From contig JABJNO010000006.1 of assembly GCA_018664825.1 (NCBI GenBank), forward strand, positions 15,157 through 79,156: DNA of 64,000 bases. Direction: 5' to 3'. Below are positions 6,862-16,845 of this stretch, in pieces. The position numbers and the translations under genes are program-made. The first letter of the stretch is position 1. The number at the start of each line of letters is the position of its first letter. The notes under the pieces are model-generated. The model saw nothing but the letters and a program-made list of their open reading frames with translations. It did no database searches and was not told the DNA's origin. The DNA comes from Candidatus Parcubacteria bacterium. GTDB taxonomy: Bacteria > Patescibacteriota > Patescibacteriia > UBA1558 > GWA2-36-10.

Positions 6862-8268
6862 TTACCCACCAATACCTTGTCCTTCATAAAGAATTGTACC
6901 AATATCATCTCGTAATATATGGACCTCATACCAAAGGTCGTCTGTGTTTTCAATAGAAAAAAGCGCCTTCCAATACCAATCACCTTCATTTGAACCAGTT
7001 TCTACAGAATATTCAATATCACCCAAATTTTCATATTTGTTAATAAAATCTGCCAATACCTTACTTTTTCTTCTGGCCCAAATTGTAGCATCGGTTGAAT
7101 TATTTATTGGTAAAACAATTTCCTTGGGATACAAATCATGGCATTCATAAAAATCAACTTCCGCATCACGGCAATCATCATAGGTTGTATCTGTTTCTGT
7201 TATTTTTCCATTGTCATATATATACGCTCCATACTCATTCGTTGTGTTCCTTTTTATCTTTACAACATAACAATTTACACAATCCAATGACTCAGCTGAA
7301 AGTATAGTAGCATCACCGGTCCATCCTAAGTGCTCTGCTACAAATCTCAAAACATCCTTTGGCTCTTTTTTCCATGCACGTAAACATACCCGGGCTTCCT
7401 CGGTCCATCTATAGCCTGCCAAATAATCACATCCATATTTCTCATCATTGGATTTGCGTTCTTCTACTTTTACTTTTTGTTGAATTTTTTTGTAGCTACC
7501 ATAATATACAATACCAGCCTCTATTATCTGAATAACAAATAACATTAGGAAAAGAATAATCAATGCATTTATTACTTTTCGTCTACTTTTTGTAAGAATC
7601 GCAATTGTGCCAATGATCCAAATTAAATAAACCATTGTCTCAATCCAAGACCCAACCACTCTTTCTTCGGTACAATCATCACCACTAATCGGGCAAAGCA
7701 GAGTAAGTGGAGCATAAAAAATATTTAATACTGGGAGCTCATACAATCGTAATAATATATTCTTTTCTTCAGGCCAATAAATATCATTGGATCTTTTTAT
7801 GTGCCTTATATAATAATCATACATGTATTTTTTGTACACGCCTTCAGTGTCTGTGGCAAAATATTTTTTCTCCTCAAGATATTCATCAGAAGGATTACCA
7901 GATATTGTAACAAGGGGTACGGCATAAGGATCAAATACCATAATCTCTTCTCCTGCAGATAACTTTGGAGAATGTATGTCAGATTTGATTATAACATCTT
8001 TTGAATCAACGCTTGCAGTGTAAAAATCACCCAAGCCTCCTTCATATTTTTCGTCTTGCAAAACTTCCAGAATCTTCATTTCCTTGATATCCTCTTCTGG
8101 CGCATCATATACTATAGGAGTGATAATTAAAGGAAAAATAATAACAAGCAAAGTCAAAATCAAAATAATTATTTTTTTATTAAAAAATTTAAATTTATTA
8201 TTTTCCATTAGCTCCTCTTGAGGTGCTGGATTGTACTCTTGTTGAATTTTAAATTCTTGTTCTTCCAT
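6862..8268 (-). CDS. Membrane-anchored hypothetical protein, paralogous at its N-terminus to 12267..13802
   Basis: The likely start MEEQEFKIQQEYNPAPQEE matches MEEQNQNLEQEPQIQQEYKPVPQEG of the other gene. It is followed by one TM helix. There are two more TM helices mid-protein. Co-oriented 14 nt downstream of corA. Confidence 0.5.
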   Translation of the reverse strand: MEEQEFKIQQEYNPAPQEELMENNKFKFFNKKIIILILTLLVIIFPLIITPIVYDAPEEDIKEMKILEVLQDEKYEGGLGDFYTASVDSKDVIIKSDIHSPKLSAGEEIMVFDPYAVPLVTISGNPSDEYLEEKKYFATDTEGVYKKYMYDYYIRHIKRSNDIYWPEEKNILLRLYELPVLNIFYAPLTLLCPISGDDCTEERVVGSWIETMVYLIWIIGTIAILTKSRRKVINALIILFLMLFVIQIIEAGIVYYGSYKKIQQKVKVEERKSNDEKYGCDYLAGYRWTEEARVCLRAWKKEPKDVLRFVAEHLGWTGDATILSAESLDCVNCYVVKIKRNTTNEYGAYIYDNGKITETDTTYDDCRDAEVDFYECHDLYPKEIVLPINNSTDATIWARRKSKVLADFINKYENLGDIEYSVETGSNEGDWYWKALFSIENTDDLWYEVHILRDDIGTILYEGQGIGG

Positions 8269-8282
8269 GTTTTTATTTTTAA

Positions 8283-9212
8283 TTATAGCCACTTTTTTTT
8301 ATAAAATAAGAAAAGAAAAGCTGCTATTCCAAATGAGGAAAAAAACAAAACATAGAGAAAAGCAAACTTGCTGCCCGCTAAAGGCAGCTCAACATTCATA
8401 CCATAAAGACTAGCTATAATAGTTGGGATAGTCATAACAATAGTGAAGGCTGTAAGAAACTGGATAATTTTATTTAAACGATTAGTAAAAAGAATCTGAT
8501 AAGATTCCCGCAAACTCTTAATACTTTTTAGGTTAACCTGACAAATGTCTACTGATTGTCGAATACTATTTAACATATCATCAAACAAATCCTGGTCTTC
8601 TCTATAAAATTTTAGATAACTACTACTCATTAAATTTTCAAATAAATTTCTCATGGGTATCAAAGCTGAGATATATTGATTGAGAACATCTTCGTGGTTG
8701 ATTAGTTCACTAATATCAGAATTTTTAATATTCTCAATATGCTTCTTTTTGGACAAAACCTCATAACTAATCTCTTTAACTCTATTAGTAAAACTTCTAG
8801 AAACTTTTAGGAGCACATAAACCAACATCTTACCTCTTTGAGTAGTAGCAATTGATAGGCTGTTTTTTTGTATTTCTTTTATTATACTATTCTTTTCAGC
8901 AGAAATAGTAATAAAATATTTACTATTAATAATAATAGCCAATGGTACAGTATGAATAAATTTATGATCACTATTTTTTATTATCGGTGTCCTAATAAAT
9001 AAAATTATGCTCTTATTGTGCCTTTCCATACGAGGCAACTCTTGTAAATCTAAGGTATCTTGTAAATCTAAAAGACTTAAATCAGTTAATTTGGTTATAT
9101 CCTCTAAATCATTATGCTCTGCATGATTAATATTTATCCAAGAACCTTCCCGAATTTTTTGAACTTTTTTTAACCTTTTACTTTGAGCCGTTTTAAAATA
9201 TACTTTCAACAT
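8283..9212 (-). CDS. corA: CorA-family Mg2+/Co2+ transporter
   Basis: C-terminal YGMNVELP (GMN signature) followed by two TM helices. Length about 310 aa is typical of CorA. Confidence 0.75.
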   Translation of the reverse strand: MLKVYFKTAQSKRLKKVQKIREGSWININHAEHNDLEDITKLTDLSLLDLQDTLDLQELPRMERHNKSIILFIRTPIIKNSDHKFIHTVPLAIIINSKYFITISAEKNSIIKEIQKNSLSIATTQRGKMLVYVLLKVSRSFTNRVKEISYEVLSKKKHIENIKNSDISELINHEDVLNQYISALIPMRNLFENLMSSSYLKFYREDQDLFDDMLNSIRQSVDICQVNLKSIKSLRESYQILFTNRLNKIIQFLTAFTIVMTIPTIIASLYGMNVELPLAGSKFAFLYVLFFSSFGIAAFLFLFYKKKWL

Positions 9213-9240
9213 GTTTATCTTTTTATTTTAATATTACTCT

Positions 9241-9292
9241 CAGTATATCAAAAAACCCCACCAGAAGCGAGGTTTAAATATTTTCATTGGCT
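9241..9292 (-). terminator. Terminator-promoter cassette copy 2
   Basis: Minus strand: aaacctcgcttctggtggggttttttgatatact. This is the same cassette as at 5128. Confidence 0.55.
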
Positions 9293-9296
9293 ATAA

Positions 9297-9548
9297 TCAA
9301 ATATTGTTATTTTTTTCTTTCTCTATAGCCTCTTCGATAAGTTTAATTTTATCTATCCACTCTTGTGGTGCGCTTCCCTTTGTTTCTTCCCTTATTATCT
9401 TTGCAGCTTGAAGTGGCCCATTTTTATTTTGCAGCCATTTCAAATATCCACCACCTGAATATTTAATCCTATTGATTTCTAATGTTTCTGGTGTAATTTC
9501 ATCAAACTTATCTTTGTCGCTTTTGAATAATGATTTAAAAATATTCAT
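9297..9548 (-). CDS. Small conserved hypothetical protein (about 83 aa), copy 2 of the duplicated gene
   Basis: MNIFKSLFKSDKDKFDEITPETLEINRIKYSGGGYLKWLQNKNGPLQAAKIIREETKGSAPQEWIDKIKLIEEAIEKEKNNNI. Duplicate of 5186..5437. Confidence 0.6.
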   Translation of the reverse strand: MNIFKSLFKSDKDKFDEITPETLEINRIKYSGGGYLKWLQNKNGPLQAAKIIREETKGSAPQEWIDKIKLIEEAIEKEKNNNI

Positions 9549-9737
9549 AATTTTATTTTGTCTTCCCAAATAATTTTAAAAGTATTTCTTCTGGACCAAG
9601 ATCATACCCAGAAAGTAGGCCCATTGATAGTAACAACAAAAATATTAAAATCAAAATAAGTATTATAATTAATATTTTCATAATCTAAATTTAATAAAAA
9701 TAATTAGAACATCTACCAGGTTCTATAAATTATTTTT

Positions 9738-10172
9738 CTATGATTCCAAAATTCCTAACAGGTCCCTAGCCAACTCCGGAGCATCCGTAGGCCTTGCCTC
9801 TTTTTCTACCATACGCAAATCCTGTGGTACGTCCCTATACTGTTCTTTGAGTGATTGGATGACATATCTAAGTTCCGTTGTTTTGGCTTTCCATTCAGCT
9901 TGAACGGCCTCATCTGCATCTACGCCGTGAAAAGCTGATTCGGCATTATGCAAAAAATCCCACATTTCTTCTGGGGTAGCATGGCCTTTTTCTACACCAT
10001 CTATTATTTTTTGCAGCTCAAATTTTACGACTTCTTCTTTTTTAATTTCAGCCCTTTCAACCACTGGTTTTTCTGTGGTATTTGGCTGTTTTTCTTCTTT
10101 ATTTTCTGGTTGTGAAGATGTTTCTGGATCAAATCCTGGCATAATTTTATTATTAAATAATCTTATTTTCAT
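9738..10172 (-). CDS. Hypothetical protein
   Basis: ORF only. Followed by a terminator/TGGTATAAT module. No recognisable domain. Confidence 0.4.
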   Translation of the reverse strand: MKIRLFNNKIMPGFDPETSSQPENKEEKQPNTTEKPVVERAEIKKEEVVKFELQKIIDGVEKGHATPEEMWDFLHNAESAFHGVDADEAVQAEWKAKTTELRYVIQSLKEQYRDVPQDLRMVEKEARPTDAPELARDLLGILES

Positions 10173-10175
10173 TAT

Positions 10176-10262
10176 ACCAAAAAACCGCCTTTAGGGCGAT
10201 TTCTTTGGGCGGGGCACTTTCAGAACTTTTTGTTATGAAAATCCTGACTTTGATATTCTTAA
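10176..10262 (-). terminator. Terminator-promoter cassette (cgcc-ctaaa-ggcg hairpin + T6 + TGGTATAAT). It shares the ttttcataacaaaaagttctga segment with the cassette at 11803-11870.
   Basis: Minus strand: ...cataacaaaaagttctgaaagtgccccgcccaaagaaatcgccctaaaggcggttttttggtataat. Confidence 0.5.
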
Positions 10263-10276
10263 ACTATGATTTGTAA

Positions 10277-11785
10277 CTATTTTTTATCTTGAACTATCTT
10301 TTCTAAAGCTTTTTTAAATAAGCCCTCCCATTTTTCCATCGGCTGACTTATAATCATAGGCTTCAACATTTTACGTAATTCATCACTGTGTTCGCCAGCT
10401 TCTTGGTCAATTTTTCTAAAAAATTCCAAACCATCTTCTGTGCTTTGTGAACAATTTTCTTCAAAATGATCCAGAGCCTCTTCAGCCTTTGCTAAACTCC
10501 TGCCAATTGCATCCTCATCTTTTTTACCACGAGGAGTTCCTTTTGTCTCAATACGAAGTTGTCTAAAACTAAGAGTAAGTCTTCTATGCTCAGGATTCTC
10601 CACGCCAAGTTCCTCTAATAAATCATTTGGATAATATTTTAATAACATTTTTTCAAAAGTCAAACGAATATTTCCTACGGCAGCTTTTAACTTTGTTACA
10701 TAAATTGGAATTATATCATTAATATCTTCATTGGATGTTCCTGAAAAATAATAAGCTAATAACTCTTCTTTAACAGTTGCCTCTATAGATGTTTTTTGAA
10801 AATAAGCTACTATTTCTTCTAGCTTGGCCGCAATTTCTTCTAATGATTTTTCAAACGCTTGTTTTAACTTTTCTCTTTGCTCAGCTTTTAGATGTTGGGC
10901 AAATATTTCTTGTATCTCGTCTGGCAAAAGTACCCCCTTACTTTCTTTTGCCTTGGTTATTTCTTGTTGAACTTCTAGAGTTTCTATTTCTAATGTTTGA
11001 ATCATTATCTCCAAGCCATCCACGGACTCCGAAATAACTTTTTGCGGCCCCTCCATTTGTCTACGAGGCCTTAAATACAAACTATTTTCAGCGTGTTGCT
11101 TTTCATGCTCAACTATTTTATCAATATCAGATTCTGTATCCCCTTCTTCAAAGCCGCTTTTGTTTATCAAAATAACCATTTCGCTCACAGAACCAACTTC
11201 TTCTAGATCTAAATCAGGATCGGCAAAAAAAGCACCCAAGGGCAAACCCATGTCACTTGATGAAGGTAATTCTTCGAGAGACATTTCGGATTCTTCAAAA
11301 TCTGCATAAACATCGCCCTCTTTGTGGATGCCCTGAGCTACATCAAGATGATGGTCACACATAAATATTAGACTGTCTTTATCTGGGATTAATGTAATAT
11401 CTCCAAATGTGCCAGAAGAAGAAAATATTTCTTTAAACATAGCTTCTTCATATTCTTCTTCACCAAAACGCTCTTTGTAAACATCAATAGCTCTGGCAAT
11501 TGTTTCACGTTTATTAAAAAGAGTCTCAATCCCTTTTAAAAAATATTCGTGTTGTCTTTTTGTAAATTCATGATTTTCCAAAACAGCTATAACCTCTTGA
11601 CGACTAGCTTCGGGGTTTTCTTGCATAAAATTTTGTACATCACGTACAGCCTCACTAAAATCTGCCAATTGTTCAAAAACCTGCTCTTCTAGTGGAAGAT
11701 TATCTTTGTCTTTTATTTTTTGTTCTGATTCTGCCGTGTCTTCCGTTTCAGAGACCTGATTTCCTTGTTCTAATAATTTTTTCAT
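10277..11785 (-). CDS. Acidic, coiled-coil-rich hypothetical protein
   Basis: 502-aa ORF rich in Glu/Lys. No recognisable catalytic motif. Confidence 0.45.
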   Translation of the reverse strand: MKKLLEQGNQVSETEDTAESEQKIKDKDNLPLEEQVFEQLADFSEAVRDVQNFMQENPEASRQEVIAVLENHEFTKRQHEYFLKGIETLFNKRETIARAIDVYKERFGEEEYEEAMFKEIFSSSGTFGDITLIPDKDSLIFMCDHHLDVAQGIHKEGDVYADFEESEMSLEELPSSSDMGLPLGAFFADPDLDLEEVGSVSEMVILINKSGFEEGDTESDIDKIVEHEKQHAENSLYLRPRRQMEGPQKVISESVDGLEIMIQTLEIETLEVQQEITKAKESKGVLLPDEIQEIFAQHLKAEQREKLKQAFEKSLEEIAAKLEEIVAYFQKTSIEATVKEELLAYYFSGTSNEDINDIIPIYVTKLKAAVGNIRLTFEKMLLKYYPNDLLEELGVENPEHRRLTLSFRQLRIETKGTPRGKKDEDAIGRSLAKAEEALDHFEENCSQSTEDGLEFFRKIDQEAGEHSDELRKMLKPMIISQPMEKWEGLFKKALEKIVQDKK

Positions 11786-11802
11786 GAAAATTGTATTATT
11801 AA

Positions 11803-11870
11803 TATAATTTGATTATATCAAAAAACCCCGCCAGAAGCGAGGTCAGAACTTTTTGTTATGAAAACCCTGT
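11803..11870 (-). terminator. Terminator-promoter cassette copy 3 (CCTCGCTTCTGGCGGGG + T6 + TGATATAAT)
   Basis: Minus strand: ...cataacaaaaagttctgacctcgcttctggcggggttttttgatataatcaaattat. Confidence 0.55.
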
Positions 11871-11872
11871 TT

Positions 11873-12046
11873 TTAATTTTTCTTACTTGCTATAAATGCT
11901 TCTACCATTAAACCTAGACCTAAACCAATCATAATAGGGCCAATGAAAAATAAAGGACTAAGATGCAAAAATAAAAAACCTACCCCGACACCCATAAGAA
12001 CACCTCCGCCAATAGCTAAACCACCTTGATTTTTTTTGTCTGACAT
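11873..12046 (-). CDS. Small glycine-zipper membrane protein
   Basis: MSDKKNQGGLAIGGGVLMGVGVGFLFLHLSPLFFIGPIMIGLGLGLMVEAFIASKKN. The start is taken at an internal Met; the track start is 12094. Confidence 0.35.
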   Translation of the reverse strand: MSDKKNQGGLAIGGGVLMGVGVGFLFLHLSPLFFIGPIMIGLGLGLMVEAFIASKKN

Positions 12047-12122
12047 AATTTTAAAATTAAAAATAAACAACATCTTCATTATACCACAAAACAAAAAACG
12101 AGCTAAGGTTAGCTCACTTTTT

Positions 12123-12231
12123 GACCCCTCGACTCGTTACACTCGCTCAGGACAAGTTGGGTCTCTATCGTAGACCCTGAGCGATTAAAAGGAGTCGAAT
12201 GGGTCGTAGACCCTGAGCGAAGCCGAAGGGT
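12123..12231 (+). repeat. Cluster of three copies of the TGAGCG...TCGAA hairpin repeat: one inverted (12123-12156) and two direct (12173-12205 and 12210-12231)
   Basis: Inverted copy gacccctcgactcgttacactcgctcaggac. Direct copies gaccc-TGAGCGATTAAAAGGAGTCGAAT-gggtc and accc-TGAGCGAAGCCGAA-gggt. A GC-rich patch in an AT-rich spacer. Confidence 0.55.
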
Positions 12232-12266
12232 GGGGTCCTTACGGACCTTAGTTATAACTTAATTAT

Positions 12267-13802
12267 TTATGGACAAAATGTATCACTTACTTGGAAACTA
12301 GTTTCTTTTGGTTGATAATCACTATTTACGCACCAGTACTTATCTTCGGCCAATTTAACAGAGGCAGCCCAAGCCTCAAATTCAGAAACACAAGAAAAAT
12401 TTATTACCCCTAAATCACTCTCTATGATATTAACTTCTGAACTCACACAAAAATCTAAATAAGTTAAATTATCATCATAATAGATTGTACTCAAATTTAA
12501 TAACTCACTAATCTTTGATTTTCTAGAAGCTTGTTCTTCACTAGATACTCCCCAATCATTTAATTCACCCGTGGTCAAAACACCCTCTCCTAAAGGATTA
12601 TAACCATTCTCTACCTCAGCACCATCTAAATAACCATCTCCGTCGGTATCTGGATTATTTGGATCGGTACCATGCATCGCCTCTAAAACATCATTCAAGC
12701 CATCTCCGTCGGTATCAATATTGTCTAAATCAGCATCAAAGAATACATTATCATTATTTATTAAAACAGTATCTTCGTCAATATCACTATCAATATTTTC
12801 TATGCACTCATAACTTATCACATCCATATAATAACCAAGGTAATTTTTGTCTGCATCATATTTTGGTTTTAAGCCATATAAATTACCTTCTGCACTTGCA
12901 TATTGTGGACAAAATATTTTTTCATTAGTATAAAGCACTATCTGACCATATTCAGTGTTTAAATAATGTTCTATTGGATTATCATTTATTCTCATATTAT
13001 GAGAATAATTATATTCCGGATACAAAACTTTTTCTTCAGTTAAGACGCCTTGTAATATAACAATCCCCTGACTAGCTTTACTAATCTGATTGTCAAGGCC
13101 AGTAGCCGCTGGCTCAAAAAACTTAAAAGTATCCACTATACTATGATTTTTTATTCTCTGTCTTTCTATATCTTCATTTTTATCTAATAGAAATAAAATA
13201 CTAACCACATGATCATTTTTTATAAACATAAAATGCTCTTTCATGCCACGATATAATACTCTATCCTCTGGATAATCCATAATAAAATTATAAACATACA
13301 TATCGTTTATTATTATAACCTTCCCTTCAACAAATTCTTCTGATAATTCAAACTGTTGCACTAGTAACTCATAACTTTCTGGGTCTGAAAAATCAACAAT
13401 AATGTCAGAACCTCCCATGGTCATAAAAAATGACTTATCGTCTTCAGACTTCCAACCATCATGATCGCCAATTTTAATAATCTTTAAATCCTCAGGGAAA
13501 GACATATTAAAGGCCCAATAAGTATCTTCTATTTCATGCCATCCTAATTTATCTATTTTATCTTTTTCCTCATTTAAAACTATTTCATTTTTTTGATCTA
13601 CTTCTTCTGCTTCTATGACTACTGTTTTATTAGCTTGTAACCACCAAAAAATCCCTCCCCCAACTAACACTAAAAATATAACAACCACCCCAATTATCAA
13701 TGGCCAATTATTTTTCTTTTGCACTACCCCCTCTTGAGGTACAGGTTTATACTCTTGTTGAATTTGAGGTTCTTGTTCAAGATTTTGATTTTGCTCTTCC
13801 AT
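12267..13802 (-). CDS. Membrane-anchored surface protein with a TSP3-like Ca-binding module
   Basis: N-terminal TM helix. Motif DTDGDGLNDVLEAMHGTDPNNPDTDGDGYLDGAEVENGYNPLGEG, shared with the genes at 18869 and 45985. N-terminus paralogous to the gene at 6862. Confidence 0.5.
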   Translation of the reverse strand: MEEQNQNLEQEPQIQQEYKPVPQEGVVQKKNNWPLIIGVVVIFLVLVGGGIFWWLQANKTVVIEAEEVDQKNEIVLNEEKDKIDKLGWHEIEDTYWAFNMSFPEDLKIIKIGDHDGWKSEDDKSFFMTMGGSDIIVDFSDPESYELLVQQFELSEEFVEGKVIIINDMYVYNFIMDYPEDRVLYRGMKEHFMFIKNDHVVSILFLLDKNEDIERQRIKNHSIVDTFKFFEPAATGLDNQISKASQGIVILQGVLTEEKVLYPEYNYSHNMRINDNPIEHYLNTEYGQIVLYTNEKIFCPQYASAEGNLYGLKPKYDADKNYLGYYMDVISYECIENIDSDIDEDTVLINNDNVFFDADLDNIDTDGDGLNDVLEAMHGTDPNNPDTDGDGYLDGAEVENGYNPLGEGVLTTGELNDWGVSSEEQASRKSKISELLNLSTIYYDDNLTYLDFCVSSEVNIIESDLGVINFSCVSEFEAWAASVKLAEDKYWCVNSDYQPKETSFQVSDTFCP

Positions 13803-13863
13803 AATTTTATTTTAATATATTTAGTATATCAAAAAACCACTTGTTTATAAAGTGATTCTTTGA

Positions 13864-13940
13864 TGGGGTGATAGATGGGGCTTGAACCCACGACCGCCGG
13901 AACCACAATCCGGTGCTCTACCAACTGAGCTACTACCACC
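13864..13940 (-). tRNA. tRNA-His (anticodon GTG), with G-1 and an encoded CCA
   Basis: Reverse complement gGTGGTAGTAGCTCAGTTGGTAGAGCACCGGATTGTGGTTCCGGCGGTCGTGGGTTCAAGCCCCATCTATCACCCCA. Cloverleaf, anticodon loop TTGTGGT, G-1:C73. Confidence 0.85.
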
Positions 13941-13976
13941 ACGTAAATAAATTTTGAAACAATGAAAACAATAAAA

Positions 13977-14051
13977 TGGTACCCCGGCCAGGGATCGAAC
14001 CTGAATCTAAAGCTTAGAAGGCTTTTGTTCTATCCATTGAACTACCGGGGC
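13977..14051 (-). tRNA. tRNA-Arg (anticodon TCT)
   Basis: Reverse complement GCCCCGGTAGTTCAATGGATAGAACAAAAGCCTTCTAAGCTTTAGATTCAGGTTCGATCCCTGGCCGGGGTACCA. Anticodon loop CTTCTAA. Confidence 0.8.
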
Positions 14052-14104
14052 TTATATAAAAACACAGACAACTATACCAAAAAATAAGGGCTCCGTCAAG
14101 ACTT

Positions 14105-15853
14105 TTACTCCTCTAGAGAAGCTTGTTGGCGCCACAAAGCAGCATAAAGCCCAGCTTTTGTGACCAACTCACCATGCTTACCTTTTTCTATTATCCTACC
14201 TTTTTCCAATACATATATCTTCTCAGCATGAGCAATAGTAGATAGACGATGAGCTACCAATATAGTAATCAAGTCAGGGCGTGTTTTTTCTATTTCCAAA
14301 ATAGTCTTGGTAATTTCTTGTTCAGTAAGAGAATCCAGAGAAGAAGTAGCTTCATCAAAAATAATAATATTTGGATTGCGAAGCAATGCTCTGGCAATAG
14401 CCAGTCTTTGTCTTTCGCCGCCAGATAGCTTCATACCGCCTTCACCTATTTTTGTATCTAGACCTTTTTCTCCTCTATCAAGTATGTTGGCAACTGCCGC
14501 TGACCCCAAGGCTTCCATACAATCCTTGTCGCTTGCTTTTGGACTGACAAACAAAAGATTTTCTCTAATAGTTCCTGAAAATAGCTGAGTCTCTTGAGAT
14601 ACTAGGCCTATTCTTTTTCTAAATTTTTCAAAATCAATCTTGGTAAAATCAGTCTCGTTGTTTATGAGCATTTTTCCATTGGTCGGTTTGTACAAACCTA
14701 CCAAAAGTTTTATCAATGTAGTTTTACCAGATCCAGATGGCCCAACAAAGGCCACGGTCTCTCCTGCCTTGATATTTATATTTATATTTTCAACAGCTGA
14801 CTTGGTGTTGCTATCATAATTGAAATCTACATCCTTAAAATTCAAAGATTTTATAGAATCCACTTTTGTTGGATTGGCTGGTTTTGACTCTGGTGGCATA
14901 TTGAGCACTTCCTCTAGGGCTGAGTTGCTAGCCTTGGCTTGTTGATACTGTTCGGCTACTCTACTCAGCTCGGCCAGTGGACTAAACAAGAAAAAACTAT
15001 AAAACAACAATGTAAAAAACTCACCCAAAGAAATATTACCCTCAAACATCAGCCACAACATAGCAAACATAATCAAGGCTCGTAATCCATTGAGCAATGT
15101 ACCTTGGATAAAGCTCATTGTTCTGACTAGTTTTACTCTTTGCAACTCTAGTTTCAATATATTGTCATTTACTTTGTTGAGACGATTTATTTCTTGCACT
15201 TCTAGGCCTAGACTTTTTACCAATTCTACATTACGTAAAGTCTCGGTAGTATATCCAGCTAGTGATGCCTGCTCTTTGACTACTTTTGCTTGGACTCTTC
15301 TGATTCTCTTACTGATGAGAAAAATAGTAGTCCCCAAAAGAGGTACGATAAGAAATATAATAGCACCTATCATCCAGTGCACCCAAAAAGCATAAAGCAA
15401 TACAAAGGTAATGCCTAGAATATATACAAAGAGTAAATTTATCAAACTAGTAATCAAAGCTTGGATATCATCTCTGGCTTTTTGCATCTTACGCAAGACT
15501 TCTCCTGAGCTCTGGTCTTCAAAAACTCGATAAGGCAAAGAAAGTGAGTGTTTGACGCTCTTTGCATAAAGACGAGTCCCAAGACGATGAGTAATTACAT
15601 TGACATAATAGTCTTGAAAATTTTTGGCTATCCGAGACACTAGGGCTACACCCACAAATCCCACCATCAATAATCCTACTCCCTGAAAAAAAGTATCCCT
15701 ATCCATCTCGGTGACTTTTGATGCATAATTGTCTATCAACATCCGGAAAATCTGAGGATCAAGTAGAGAAAATATCTGATTTATGGCAGCCAAGACCAGT
15801 GTACCCGCCAAAAGCTTTTTATAATCTTTTAAATATGTAAATAAAAATTTCAT
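14105..15853 (-). CDS. ABC transporter, fused permease/ATPase (MsbA/MdlB-type exporter)
   Basis: N-terminal six-helix TMD. NBD with Walker A GPSGSGKTT, ABC signature LSGGERQRLAIARAL and Walker B IIIFDEATSSLD. Confidence 0.85.
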   Translation of the reverse strand: MKFLFTYLKDYKKLLAGTLVLAAINQIFSLLDPQIFRMLIDNYASKVTEMDRDTFFQGVGLLMVGFVGVALVSRIAKNFQDYYVNVITHRLGTRLYAKSVKHSLSLPYRVFEDQSSGEVLRKMQKARDDIQALITSLINLLFVYILGITFVLLYAFWVHWMIGAIIFLIVPLLGTTIFLISKRIRRVQAKVVKEQASLAGYTTETLRNVELVKSLGLEVQEINRLNKVNDNILKLELQRVKLVRTMSFIQGTLLNGLRALIMFAMLWLMFEGNISLGEFFTLLFYSFFLFSPLAELSRVAEQYQQAKASNSALEEVLNMPPESKPANPTKVDSIKSLNFKDVDFNYDSNTKSAVENININIKAGETVAFVGPSGSGKTTLIKLLVGLYKPTNGKMLINNETDFTKIDFEKFRKRIGLVSQETQLFSGTIRENLLFVSPKASDKDCMEALGSAAVANILDRGEKGLDTKIGEGGMKLSGGERQRLAIARALLRNPNIIIFDEATSSLDSLTEQEITKTILEIEKTRPDLITILVAHRLSTIAHAEKIYVLEKGRIIEKGKHGELVTKAGLYAALWRQQASLEE

Positions 15854-15922
15854 AGTTTTATATTTAGAAAAGTTATCTTACCATTATCATTAGTTTATAA
15901 CAAATCAAAAATATGGTAAAAT

Positions 15923-16315
15923 ATGAACATGAAACAAACAAAATCAGAAATGAAAATTTGGAGATTCTTGGCAAATTTTTGGGGATTGTTTACTGCTATA
16001 TTTTTTGTCCTCAATTTTCTCAAAATATTTGACCTTGACCAAGCTCTCAAAACCCTAGCTGTAATCTATATCTCTGTATTATCAATTTTTACAGGAATAA
16101 AAGAATACAATCGTTGGGTCGCCAAAAAATTTCTCTCCCGTCACAATGGTGAAATATTTATTATCCTCTGGACCACCCTAATGGTCGGCTTTATATTGTT
16201 TAATGCTTATGACCCAGATAGATACAATATCTCCGGAGAGTTTACAGCTACCTATCTTTCTATCCTTGGCGTCTTTGCTATTAGTTTAAAATCAAAAAAT
16301 TTAAAACAACGATAA
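15923..16315 (+). CDS. Small integral membrane protein (4 TM), hypothetical
   Basis: Hydrophobicity pattern only. Confidence 0.4.
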   Translation: MNMKQTKSEMKIWRFLANFWGLFTAIFFVLNFLKIFDLDQALKTLAVIYISVLSIFTGIKEYNRWVAKKFLSRHNGEIFIILWTTLMVGFILFNAYDPDRYNISGEFTATYLSILGVFAISLKSKNLKQR

Positions 16316-16374
16316 TATTTACCCCGTTAGAAAATTCACAAAATTATACGGGGTACAAAAGTAAAATTATTACT

Positions 16375-16845
16375 ATGAAAAATACTAAAATTTCTAATGG
16401 GGAGACAATTTACTTAGGAGCAGATCACAATGGCTTTAAGCTAAAAGAACACCTGGCCAAACACCTGGCCAAAAAAGGTCACCAGGTGATAGATATGGGC
16501 AATAAAAAACTGGACCTCAAAGATGATTATCCTGACTTTGGTAAAAAAGTAGCCAAAAAAGTATCCGCTGACAAAAAATCTTTGGGAATACTCCTTTGTG
16601 GCAGTGGCCAAGGGATGTGCATAGTAGCCAACAAGTACAAAAACGTCAGAGCAGCTCTGGGCTGGTCTACTGGTGCTGCCAAAAAATCTCGTCATGATGA
16701 TGATTCAAATATATTATGCCTACCTAGCTGGCGGATATCTGACGATCAGGCTATTCGGATTATAAACGGCTGGCTCAATACTCCTTTTTCAAAAATAGCT
16801 AGACACAAAAGAAGGATAAAAAAAATAAATGTCAAAAAAAATTAA
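16375..16845 (+). CDS. rpiB: Ribose-5-phosphate isomerase B
   Basis: IYLGADHNGFKLKEHL ... GILLCGSGQGMCIVANKYKNVRAAL matches the RpiB/LacAB family signature. Confidence 0.8.
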   Translation: MKNTKISNGETIYLGADHNGFKLKEHLAKHLAKKGHQVIDMGNKKLDLKDDYPDFGKKVAKKVSADKKSLGILLCGSGQGMCIVANKYKNVRAALGWSTGAAKKSRHDDDSNILCLPSWRISDDQAIRIINGWLNTPFSKIARHKRRIKKINVKKN

